From NCBI GenBank assembly GCA_951406725.2, contig OX597822.1, positions 111,414,001 through 111,478,000 on the forward strand: a stretch of DNA of 64,000 nucleotides, written 5' to 3'. The position numbers and the translations under genes were made by a program. The first letter of the stretch is position 1. The number at the start of each line of letters is the position of its first letter. Positions 1 to 11,760 of this stretch are shown here, piece after piece. The DNA is from Octopus vulgaris. Taxonomy: Eukaryota. The notes below the pieces were generated by a model that ran no database searches, had not been told where the DNA came from, and saw only the letters and a program-made list of their open reading frames with translations.

Positions 1-2656
1 ATTACATTGTTTTACACCATGTTTTCTGTTTCTGTTTATCACGTTTTACTGCCTCACAACTGGTATCCGTAAGTTTGTATTCCTATAATATAGAGTGTTC
101 TGACAAAATGACCGATAAAATACGTAATACACTTGAAAAACACAAGTTATAGAATTTATTTGACTTAAACTCTTGCGGTGTCCCAACGACCGAAACTCAT
201 AAAAATCATCGTGTGTGAACGACCACGAAGATGCTTCATCTGTTAGAGGTAACAAATATTATATCGTATTATACTGAAATCTTGAAGCATTGATAGTAAA
301 AGTAATAACAAATGTTATATACGTACACAGGCGTACACATAGACACAATCAAACACACAGTCATAAACAAATACGCCGTCGCTCACAGACGTATACTTAT
401 TTAGGTGTGCATGTATACAATATACACATATGCTTGTTTATGTCTGTGTGTGTGTTTGTGTACATTTGTAACATTTGTAATTGTTTTTATTGTTCGTGTT
501 TGCTGCATGATTTTTTTTTTTATTGAAACCTAAATGTAATATGATTTATAATCTGTTACTTCTAATAGGTGAAGCAACTTTATGGTTGTTTACACGATGA
601 CCAATACAGAGACACTAATATTCTATCTAGTATTGTGTCATCATTAAAATATTACCTCAACTACTACACTTACTAAAACGTTATGTAATATAGCTGGGGT
701 CGAGATTTAATTTTGCTATTTGAAGATTTCAAAACCATTAGATTATTTAATCTATTTTGTGTTTATTGACTTCCAGCTTTTCATTAAATCAAAACACGTA
801 AGAATACCAAAAAGTACGCTCTCATGCAATGTTTTTCATCTTCCAGATATAGTAGTTTCCTTATATTTACTTCACAACAATGAACAGCGCTTTGCGTTTA
901 GCATTTTTGGTAAGTCGTGCGCAAATATAGAAACATATGTTTAAATATCTGCTTGCTTATCAAGTATAATCTTGCTGGAAATAACATAAGCCGGAAGAAC
1001 AAAAATTTTAGAAAAAATAAAATGTATTTTTACAGACATGTATTGTTGGTATTTACACCCACTTTGATTACTATATCGTTTCTTTTACATTCTATCCTTA
1101 GAAATAGTTTTAACTGCCCTTTTAGCGAGGAGAGAGAGACACATTTCTTATCCTCACACATTTTCTAATAAATGATGCGTTATCAAATAACACAATTTAC
1201 AAACACTAAACAAAACTTAAAAAGCACTTATCAAAACACCTAAATTGATTAAAAGGTAGCTATTTTCTAACTTGTGGTAAAATGCTGTGAACTATTAATA
1301 ATAATCATGCTTTCTAAGTCTCATTGCATGTGATAGGTTGTAGACGTGTTGGTAAGACGTCGAAGTACTTGATAGAAACTGAAATTTGTTACCTTGTAAC
1401 TTTTCAACAGAATTAAACTTTATACATGATAGTTATTATGAATTCATCTTGTCGGACCATCATTATTTTTAAGCATTTTAAGTGGCGTTTTATAGTTAAA
1501 ATAGCGACAGACTTGATGTGTGAAACTTTGATTTCTGCAGTTTAACTAATTCTTCAGAATTCGAAAATTCGATGATAAAATATTTCAGTGTGACATGAAA
1601 TCTCCTATGAACTTTATGTTACTATTTATGTTAAAACTCCTAAGTTAATAGATAAGAAAATTTATTTCATATTTCAGTATCATATCATCCACACATCTAT
1701 ACCTATAAAATAGAAGTAAAACGATAGCAATGGCAGATGTGCATAAAATATACACATATACACAGATATGTGTGTACATGACTGCGTGTATATGAAATTA
1801 TGGTAATAAAATGTAAATAAATAAATGATTTTGTGTGAGAAATAGTCAAGCGATACATGTTATACAAGCGATACAAGAGATTCATTGGCAAACATTCTTT
1901 GACTTAGCAGTAACCTTCTAATATGTTTCGAAAGATAAGTTAATAATGGGAAGAATATTAAAAAAAAATTGTCTAAAGCTAATGAAAGCTGTTACTTTAT
2001 AAGTAAATGTATTAATAATTTGTAGGCAAATGTTTTAAACGACTTTTATGTCCGTCTATAAAATATAGACGTGTGTCTATCTAGTTATCTTTAGATAAAG
2101 TGAAAAAGTCACCATCATTGATACCTTGCCATCATTTAATGTCTACCTCATCAGAAATTAATAATTATGACAAGACTGATCAGATAATTAAAAAATCTAA
2201 TCAAAAGAAGTGAGGTTATGAGACAGACAAATATACAAGGCTATTTCGTGGTTCAAACAACCATCGGTGAGATATTGGTATAATTTAAACATATGTAATT
2301 AGATAAGTACAGTAGTTTCCGTTTTTACTCAGTAGTATAACAGAATATGTTAAAGTTCCAGCGTTAGTTCATAAACAAGTAATTTTTACTCAATTATTAG
2401 AATTATTCATTGATTGATTTGCTGAACTCTTGTATTTCATTTTACAGCGACAAATTAGTTAGCGTTCACAGTTCGGGAGTTAACAAATTCTGCTATGATC
2501 CTGCATTATACTACATATTTACTAACCACGTCGCTACTTCGAAATGTCACGATAGAAACTAATTTGAGGTATCAAATTATGTTTTGTAAAGGGATTATTT
2601 AGTCGATCAAACTGAACGGAGTATCAGTAAGAATAAAATGTAATCTCACAGCAGAT

Positions 2657-3063
2657 AGGCGCAGGAGTGGCTGTGTGGTAAGTAGCTTGCTAACCAACCA
2701 CATGGCTCCGGGTTCAGTCCCACTGCGTGGCATCTTGAGCAAGTGTCTTCTGCTATAGCCCCGGTCCGACCAATGCCTTGTGAGTGGATTTAGTAGACGG
2801 AAACTGAAAGAAGCCTGTCGTGTATATGTATATATATATATGTGTGTGTGTATGTGTGTGTGTTTGTCCCCCTAGCATTGCTTGACAACCGATGCTGGTG
2901 TGTTTACGTCCCCGTCACTTAGCGGTTCGGCAAAAGAGACCGATAGAATAAGTACTGGGCTTACAAAGAATAAGTCCCGGGGTCGATTTGCTCGACTAAA
3001 GGCGGTGCTCCAACATGGCCGCAGTCAAATGACTGAAACAAGTAAAAGATAAAAAGATAAAAG
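2657..3063 (+). mobile_element. tRNA-derived SINE, family A (full length)
   Basis: Pol III A box TGGCTGTGTGG (2668-2678), B box GGTTCAGTCCC (2711-2721), internal (TA)/(TG) microsatellite, GTAAAAGA-type tail; homologous copies elsewhere in the window. Confidence 0.9.
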
Positions 3064-3252
3064 AAGAAGACTTGAAATCTGAACGTAACTGGAACGTACT
3101 CAATGCAATGTCCAATTGTCTCCTCGTGGTCTTAAGAAAATAGTTATTTTTTAAGTTTTAGCTCCATATAATACACGATTGAATAGATCTATGAGATTCA
3201 AGATTACTGTATATAGGGATGCATAATACAATTTCTCCTTCCTTTCTCTGAA

Positions 3253-3703
3253 AGGATTCTGCCATCCTTAGAGATGGCAGAATCCCCAAGGACATACTCT
3301 ACGGAGAGCTTGCTAAGGGTACTAGGTTTGTGGGTAGACCGCTCTTACGTTACAAGGATGTTTGCAAAAGGGATATGAAGGCCTGCAACATCAATATTAG
3401 CGGTTGGGAGGCAGTTGCCGGCAACCGTAGAGACTGGCGACGTACCGTAAGAGAGGGAATACAAAGGAGTGACAGAGAGAGCAGAACTGGAAAGACAAGA
3501 AAAGACGTCAACAAGAAACTATGGCATTACAACCAGCCAGGAACAGTCTTCGCTACATTTGCGGTACCTGCCAGAGGGAGTGTTTGTCCAGGATAGGACT
3601 ACACAGCCACAGCAGGAAATGTATCAGGACACGAAATGTAAAAGCCGGACTAGACTACTTTATGCGCAACTCCATTGTCTCCCGAGACAAAAAGGATGCC
3701 AAC
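3253..3703 (+). mobile_element. 5'-truncated RTE-clade LINE 3' end with 28-bp target-site duplication
   Basis: Translates DGRIPKDILYGELAKGTRFVGRPLLRYKDVCKRDMK, then (frameshifted) C2H2-like YICGTCQRECLSRIGLHSHSRKC; CAA-type tail; perfect direct repeat AATACAATTTCTCCTTCCTTTCTCTGAA at 3225-3252 and 3704-3731. Confidence 0.9.
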
Positions 3704-4694
3704 AATACAATTTCTCCTTCCTTTCTCTGAACCGTAATAAATAATTTGTAAGGATATTTGGGGGTAATAATTACAGCAATTCGAACGATAATAGTGTCCA
3801 CTTTTTGCTTTGTTGATAAACCAATATAGTGTGTTCGTCTCTTTCACAAGGGTAAGATTAGGTATAGGATGGAAATTGAATATTATAAATGTAGTGTGTT
3901 CTCCTCCACCATCAACGGACTCTGTCGTGGATTTCGAGGCGGGCTACAAGGATGATTATGGCGATGTCTCATGAGATGCCAGATCACCTGTGTGCTTTTC
4001 CCGTTACCCTGTAAAAAAGATATTAAAGTTGTTCTGCTATCTGAAACTTCACGTTAGCTCCATCGTCTCTTGTTCACTGATGTGAAAAATTTTACGATGT
4101 AATATTTCTCAGCTGAACACAAAATGCTCGGTTTTAAAGATTATTTTATATTGTTGATCTGTACACAAAGTAGATATAATGCCTCTATACTCACTCATAA
4201 ATTTCTTTTGGTGAAAATATGTTACGGGAAAGATGTAATCTGTCATTTGTAATGAATATGGAAGATTATACATACTTGTATTGTAGGCTATAAGAATGAT
4301 ATATCGACCGTTTTTATCTCCGATTGGTGAGGAAGGGTATATATAATGTATGAATCAGTTTTCGAACAATTATGTTATATTTCTACATGTGTTATATTTA
4401 TATGGTCTTCATGTCTTTTCTTCTGCGACTTCGGGGCCAAATTGAAAAGACAAAGCAAAAGAAAGTATATCATGAACTTCATTAACTAACAACTCTTTCT
4501 GCCAAAAGATGCAAGTATTCCTGCTTGGTTGCGTGTGTATCATCGGAGCTTCAGACATGAAGTGCAATTTTTATACATATGCAAGAAAGGCATTACCAAA
4601 CAAAAGCAAAAAAAAAAAGAAAAAAGAAATTGGAGGCAATTAGTAATGCTTTCTTGCGTTAATATATGCTTTCACAATTGTGCTTCATGTTTCA

Positions 4695-4775
4695 AGCTCC
4701 GATGAAGCGACAGGGTGACACACAAGCTCTCCACTATGAATGCGTTGCATTCTATAGCAGAAACGGTCGTATGCT
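4695..4775 (+). ncRNA. Candidate type I hammerhead ribozyme variant with long stem II (decayed)
   Basis: AGCU-CCGAUGA-A-[GCGACAGGGUG...CAUUCUAUAGC]-A-GAA-ACGGUCGU-A-UGCU: core boxes, near-palindromic stem III and GUA cleavage triplet present; stem I weak. Confidence 0.5.
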
Positions 4776-4939
4776 ACTGTACGTCATGGCAATTCCTTTA
4801 TCATTTGTCCTTTTAACTTTTTATTACTGCTCCGTATTCGACTGACGCTTTTTTCTGAAGCATAAGTATATGATATTCAAACACCAGATTATTAGCATCG
4901 CTATGCCTAAGCAAAATGTATGCATGCGTGTTTATCTAA

Positions 4940-4983
4940 ATCCATCCATCCATCCTTCCTTCTATCCACCCATACATACATCC

Positions 4984-5025
<42 letters not shown>

Positions 5026-5311
5026 ATATATACATATATACATACATACATATATACATATATATGTACACACACGAATATATACATATATACATCTATG
5101 AACTTGCATATATGTATTCATTAATATATACACGTGTATAATTATTTGTGTGTGTGTATAGGAATATATGAATATATGTATGTATATACATACATATACA
5201 TACATACATACTTACCTTCATACATTTATACACACACACAAATACACAAACATATATATATGTACATGTGTGTCCGGGTACTGTGTATGTATGTGTGTGT
5301 GTGTGTGTGTG
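4940..5311. repeat. Compound microsatellite (TCCA)/(TA)/(TACA)/(TG)
   Basis: Directly visible low-complexity repeats. Confidence 0.95.
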
Positions 5312-5954
5312 CGATTGGTTATGAAAAACTAGGTGATACTTGAACAAATGTCAGGATGACCTTTCTTGTGATGCATACATTTGTATACATCTATGAACTT
5401 TCTCTTCCATATGTTTGCTACTAAATTTTACACAATGCTTCTTTCAATTATTCCACCATTATCTCCATTGAAGTGTTTACTTATAAATCATTTAATAATC
5501 GGAGCTTTGTTTCATATTATTTTTGTAATTTATGTTACATTTATATTTTTTTATTTCGATTTTTTAGAATTTCGTAATCCTTATTCTATGTTATAATTAT
5601 CAACACCTTTTCAATCAATCATCATATGCTTAGCAGCGTATAATAATTATTATATGCTTAGCAATAATATCGTTAATATTTACTCAGCAAATCTGGTATA
5701 CAATGAGTATACCGAGGACAGTGCTGTTGTTTTCGTCCTGTTTGGTGTCTGAAAAAAAAAACACTTCTATGGCAAGTATTATATATATCTACCTACACAA
5801 CCACATACATATATGCACTTGAATCAACTTATTATACACGCTCAAGAATAAATTTGTTTGTCCGTTTGTTATTTAACCATATTCCCAAGTAATATAGCGA
5901 TGAGCTCTCCCTCTTTCTCTCTCTCACTAAGTCTCTGCCATTCTCTGTATCTGC

Positions 5955-5973
5955 ATACGTATGTATATATAAA

Positions 5974-6023
<50 letters not shown>

Positions 6024-6095
6024 GATATATATGTGCGTGTGTAGATAGGCATATATATATACATATATCCATATATCTATACATATATACACATA

Positions 6096-6127
<32 letters not shown>

Positions 6128-6270
6128 CATATTAATACTTGCAGAGATTATATTTATATACATAGGGATACACTCATACCTACACACCCTCACACACATG
6201 CACACACTCGCACACACAAATAAAACACACATATGCATACATACATACATACATACATACATACACACAT

Positions 6271-6321
<51 letters not shown>

Positions 6322-6330
6322 GAGAGAGAG
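5955..6330. repeat. Compound microsatellite (TA)/(TG)/(CATA)/(CA)
   Basis: Directly visible. Confidence 0.95.
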
Positions 6331-6537
6331 CAAATAAATTATCTTTATTGCTGAAAAGAACGAAACTGCAGTCTAAGAGGAACCGAGTTAGTAAATGTTT
6401 TTATCTTCATTTCACTAAATTTATCTAGCTTCTGTGTTTCAAGCACATATTTCGCCTTAATGTACTGATATATGAAAAATATACGGCTTGTGCTAGAAAT
6501 ACCAGCGATAATAATTAATTTTATCGCAATTTGACTT

Positions 6538-6575
<38 letters not shown>

Positions 6576-6908
6576 TTACATATCTTTATGCACATGAAAG
6601 TGGGCGTGTAGCGTACATAGCTATGTACATATGTATGTGAAATTGCAAGTTAACTTTGCATAAGTTCTAAGACTTATGGAATTTAATACCGGGTAGCATA
6701 TATGATATTAGCCTCTCCTCTCATAGAAGTATATGACAGAGTTGTTGGCATGTACTTAGCCCAGTAATGCCCAATCATCATTAATGAAGCATTCCATCAT
6801 GCCTCTGTACCCGGTTATGTACATACACACATATACGTACGATAGAAATAAGAAGATGATATTTTTCGAACACAGAGTATCTGTTGGGACAGCAGAAATA
6901 TTGAGTAA

Positions 6909-6950
6909 ATTACCCTGACAAGGCCGAAACTGTTGTCAACAGTCAGCAAT
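6909..6950 (+). ncRNA. Minimal type I hammerhead ribozyme remnant
   Basis: AUUACC-CUGACAA-GGCC-GAA-ACUGUUG-U-CAACAGU-C-AGCAAU: perfect 7-bp palindromic stem III and GUC site; G8>A and two stem I mismatches, two of these three changes at plausible former CpGs. Confidence 0.6.
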
Positions 6951-7277
6951 GCAACTCGATGCCCTCTGACAACAAATAAATGCACAGAATTAAACGGTAA
7001 ATACTTTAGCTTTATAGAACAACCATGTGCGCATAAGCCATAGCTACTTGCTGACAAATCTTTGCGTCTTGTAAGGGAAATCTACTCAGTAATTCTGGTG
7101 TTCTAACGGCAAATCTGCTTTCGAAAATATAGTATCTTCTTATTTGTATCGTACGCGACACATTTCGGGGCTTCTGATGGAAAAGCAAATATCTGTTTGG
7201 TTATATTTATAAACACATGATACGTCTATGTATATGTGTATATATATATGCACACACACACACATATATATATATAT

Positions 7278-7409
7278 TATAATAAATTAGAGACAAAACC
7301 ACTATTATGCAAATCAAACAAAGAAAGACTTAAGCCAATACATGAAATAATTTATATATATTAAAATTTAACAATGAATAACCACTACGATCGTTTCGTG
7401 TCAACACAT

Positions 7410-7412
<3 letters not shown>
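7278..7412 (-). mobile_element. Penelope-like pseudo-LTR fragment in (TA)n with truncated hammerhead
   Basis: Flanked by (TA)n; minus strand reads AGA-U-GUGU-UG-ACAC-GAA-ACGAUCGU-A-GUGG (3' two-thirds of a hammerhead, perfectly palindromic stem III). Confidence 0.5.
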
Positions 7413-7488
<76 letters not shown>

Positions 7489-7497
7489 ATATATATA
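7412..7497. repeat. (TA)n microsatellite
   Basis: Directly visible. Confidence 0.95.
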
Positions 7498-7635
7498 TTT
7501 CTTTTATGTTCGTTTACGGGAAACTACGGACTGCTGGTTAATTGTCCCAGGAATACGGACAATGATATTAACATAACGTGATTTGCAGAAACGAGCGTAG
7601 AGTCGTATTAAAATATTTATAATTACTATCCAACG

Positions 7636-7687
<52 letters not shown>

Positions 7688-7688
<1 letters not shown>

Positions 7689-8283
7689 TTTTTTTTTTTA
7701 TTCTTTCAAATTTGCTTCCATTTCTTGCCGAGTGTCTTCCCGACCCCTAGGGCAAAGAAACTCATAGTATACATTGGTAGGCCATTAAACCAAACTCAAT
7801 AGTTCGTTCTTTTTTTTTTAAGTTAAATTAAAATACATGAGCACTGTAAGAGTTTGCGGTGTGTCTCTCTTGAGATGTCCTACCTAATGCATAGTAATAA
7901 GCGTATATTACTTCTTTATACTCTTCTCGGGTCCATTTGTCCCGCTTACATTTTTCTTTCTGTGGTGGTTGTGGTGGTGAACTTGGAGGGCTCGAGTTGG
8001 GGGATTTCCCGTTCAAGTGACCATCCATGTCCGTATTCGGAGAAGAGTTTGTGCCAGTTGATGACTTTTCGATCCCAGGCTGGCTCTTCCCTGGGGGACG
8101 CGCTTCCAGATTAACCATAGGACAAGCGATTTGGTATACTGATTTAGTCTTCCTTTTAGTTTCCAAAAACATTTTGGTGCTACGATAATGTTATCATTTT
8201 TAAGCTTTGATTGGCTCGTGGGGAGACGGCCATCATTGCCGTTACAATTATAATCGTACCATTATAGCAGCCGTAGTCGGCTT
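7688..8283 (-). mobile_element. Internally deleted R4/Dong-like LINE derivative (ORF N-terminus fused to a 3' UTR) in (AAT)n
   Basis: ORF 7828-8172 contains KRDKWTREEYKEVIYAYY (R4/Dong-like N-terminal motif), followed by a UTR-like segment ending in an A-run into (AAT)n; diverged homolog at 40800-41340. Confidence 0.6.
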
Positions 8284-8374
8284 ATTATTGTTATTATCAT
8301 CACCATTATTATCACTATCATCATTATCACTATTATCACTATCATCATTATCACTTATTATTATTATTATTATT

Positions 8375-8918
8375 GAGTGAAAGAGCAGTGCATGCCATCA
8401 AAGTGACACTGGGGTAAAATATACAAAGCCCAGTATACCCATCATGACTACCCGTCTGATAAGGGTACACCAGGCACATGCATCACAACCATATGTGCGC
8501 GACATAGTGATCTCATATCAAGATAAACAGCACGTGACCTTGCAGGTGGGGCCCAGTTTGAAATTTCTTCTCGTCGAGTAATCCATCCTGCTCAAAAGGT
8601 CCCTGAGTAAGGGTTGAACAAAACACCCATGTTTCCGGAGGTGAATTATTCAAACCCCCAAAGAATCCCTCTCAACACATGGCTATGATGCTCCCCTACT
8701 TGCTTCTGCTCGTGATCAGAGATGCACATATCATCAGCCACTAAGGGACATGCTCAACTGGTTACGGTCAAACAACTGACAAGCAAATCTGTGGTATTGA
8801 GCAGAATATTTGCTGTAGCCCATCTTTTATACGAAGACAAAACAATGTACATGATAACACTTCCAATCACTAAAGATCAGAAGCCATGAGAGCCACTGCC
8901 TGGTACTGCATCAGGGCA
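8375..8918. repeat. Unclassified ~540-bp interspersed repeat bounded by (ATT)n
   Basis: Sharp boundaries against ATT repeats; diverged partial copy in opposite orientation at 47908-48175. Confidence 0.7.
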
Positions 8919-8933
8919 TTTATTATTATTATT

Positions 8934-11104
8934 CAGTAGTTTTATTTTTATTTTTATAGCGTGCTTTCACTTCACTACCGAGCACAGCTCTGTGTGCCTT
9001 GGGTATGTGCTGTGATTTGTTGTGATGCTCTGATGGTTATTGTATGGAAAGTGTTCTGCGTAGGATGTGTGCAGTGCCCAGTAGTGCAATTTTCTGTATG
9101 TTATATGTGTTTGTAAGTCCTGGTGTTTTTGTTATGTATTTGTCTGAATATTTTTTTATCATGCCTAATGCACCTACTATGATAGGAATTGTTTCTGTTT
9201 TCAGATTCCACATTCTAGTTACCTCTATTTCCAGGTCTTTGTATTTTGAGAGTTTCTCCATTTCTTTTAGAGACACGTTGTCATCTGCCGGTACTGATAC
9301 ATCAATTAGAAAGCATTTTTTTTCTTCATGGTCTCTGACAACTATATCTGGTCTGTTGGCCTTAATTTCTCTATCTGTGTGTATCGGCATATCCCAGAGT
9401 ATGGTTGCTTTCTCGTTTTCTGTGACCTTTTCTGGTGTGTGCCTATACCATCTTTTTTCTGTTGTTATTCCATAATGTTGGCATAGCTTCCAATGTATGT
9501 AAGTTCCAACTCTGTCATGTCTGTGAATATATTCCTTCTTAGCCAGGACTGGGCAGCTAGAGATAATATGATTTATTGTTTCTTGTCCATCTCCACATAT
9601 TCTGCAGTTACTTGTAATATTTCTTTTCATTACATGTTTTTGGTAATTTCTGGTGGGGAGGCTTTGGTCTTGTGCTGCAATTAAAAATCCCTCTGTTTCT
9701 GCTTTGAGTCCTGAGCTTCTCAACCATTGCTGGGATTTTTCTTTGTCTATTTCTTTTGCGTTTAGTTTAGTCCAGTATTTACCATGAAGGGGCTTTTCTT
9801 GCCATCGTTTTATCATGGTTCTTTGCTGTTCTATTTTTAGTTTGGATTTCATTTTTTTTATAGCTTTTGTTGTTTCTTCATCTTCTTCTTCTTCTTCATG
9901 TTTATTTGGTGGTATGATTTCTTGTTTGTATTTGTCAGCTTCCTTAAATACTGAGAACAGTTTTTTGTTTTGCTCGTGTTTTGCCGCTATCTGGATCAGT
10001 TTTCCTTCCTTCTGAAGTAGATATTTTTGCAGTCCTATGGTGGTTATTTTATAGTAGTTTTCCAGCTGTATAAGGCCTCTACCACCTTCTATACGTTGTA
10101 TATATAGTCTTTCTATGTCAGATTTTGGGTGATGCATCCTAGATCCTGTCATTATTTTTCTTGTTTTCCTGTCTATTTTGGTCAGTTCATTTCGTGTCCA
10201 GTTAAGGATATTGTAGCTGTAACTTATAACTGGGACAGCTAAAGTGTTGATACCTATTATCTTGTTTTTAGCATTGAGCTCTGTGTTTAGTATTGATCTA
10301 ACTCGTCTATAATATTCTTTTTTTATTTTCTCTTTCATTTGTGTGTGTTGTGTCTTATCTAGTTCATGGATTCCTAAGTATTTGTAAGTTTGGCTTTGGT
10401 CTAATTCTTTTATTTCATTTGCTTCATCTAGTGTGATGTTGTTACTCTTAACTAATTTTCCTCTTTTCATGGTTACTTTGGCGCATTTTTCTAATCCAAA
10501 TTTCATATCTATTTCTTTGGTAAATCCATGAACTGTCTTTAATAGTGTTTCCAGCTGTTTGTCATTTGCAGCGTATAGTTTTAGGTCATCCATATATAAA
10601 AGGTGGCTGATCGTTTGGCCGTAACATTTATATCCGCATCCAGTTCTATTTAGCATATCAGATAGAGGTGACAGTGCTAAGCAGAAAAGGAGTGGAGAGA
10701 GCGTATCTCCCTGGAATATTCCTCTTCTAATGGGGATGTCTTTTGTTTTCATGAGTCCCTCTTTTGTTTGGAGGTGTAGGACTGTTTGCCATTTATTCAT
10801 AGAGTGCTCTATGAATTTTATGATTGTTGGTGCTACTTTGTTAATGGCTAGTGTTTCGAGGATCCATGTGTGGGGGATGCTATCAAACGCCTTTTTGTAG
10901 TCAATCCAGGCCATACTGAGGCCTTTCTTCTTTCTGTGGCTGTCTTCAGTTATGGCTTTATTAATCATTAGTTGATCTTTACAGCCATATGAGCCTTTGC
11001 GGCATCCTTTCTGCTCTTCTGGGAACAGTTTGTTTTCGTCCAGGTGCTTGTTCAGCCTTTGTGATATCACTGCAGTAAATGCCTTGAACATAGTAGGGAG
11101 GCAG

Positions 11105-11109
<5 letters not shown>
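8934..11109 (-). mobile_element. R4/Dong-clade non-LTR retrotransposon, 5'-truncated, inserted in (AAT)n
   Basis: RT+RLE ORF plus ~100-bp 3' UTR ending ACTACTG-(AAT)n; (AAT)n on both sides. Confidence 0.95.
9037..11109 (-). CDS. Reverse transcriptase + CCHC zinc knuckle + restriction-like endonuclease (partial ORF, no true start)
   Basis: Stop-free frame with ITCLPT, AWIDYKKAFDS, RGIFQGDTLSPLLF, LLYMDDLKLY, YKYLG, CRICGDGQETINHIISSC, RHD, RPDIVV..LIDVSVP..EKLSKY; poly-Ile N-terminus in the ORF track is (AAT)n read-through. Confidence 0.95.
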
Positions 11110-11166
<57 letters not shown>

Positions 11167-11243
11167 TATTATTAACTATTACATACACACGTATACATAA
11201 ATATGTAAATACATAAATATACACCCATTAACACAGACACATA

Positions 11244-11760
11244 TTCTTTTATTCTTTTACATATTTCAGTCATTTGAAGGCAGCCATGCTGGAGTACCGC
11301 CTTTAGTCGAAACAATTGACCAGAGGATTCATTCTTTGTAACCCTAGTACTTATTTTACAGGTCGCTCTTCCGAACCGCAAAGTTTCGGTGACATAAACA
11401 CACCAACATCGGTGACCAAGTGATGGTGTGGTGACAAACACAGACACAAAGACACCCTCACATAAATATATATACATCGGTGGTGCCCCAGGATGCCTGC
11501 AGCTTTAGTGCTGAAACACTTTAAAAGTATTTAAACGTATTTACATGAGAAACTTATTTCAGTTTCCGTCTACTAAATCTACTCACAAGGATTTGGACAA
11601 ACCGAGTCTATATTAGAAGACACTAATGGTTAGCGACTTCCAGCATTCCCATATTGTGCTGCCCATGCGGAACTAGGAAAGGTGAAAAGGTGAAAATCTG
11701 AGGTGCCACGCAGTGGTACTGAACCCGGAATCATGTGGTTGGGAAGCAAGCTTCTTACTA
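11244..11760 (-). mobile_element. SINE family A, diverged and interrupted
   Basis: Reverse-complement similarity to 2657-3063; contains extra inserted segments including 11626-11701. Confidence 0.8.

Noticed and set aside
11110-11166. Apparent start and poly-Ile signal/TM segment of the 709-aa ORF
   Set aside because: (AAT)n target array read in frame; the element is 5'-truncated
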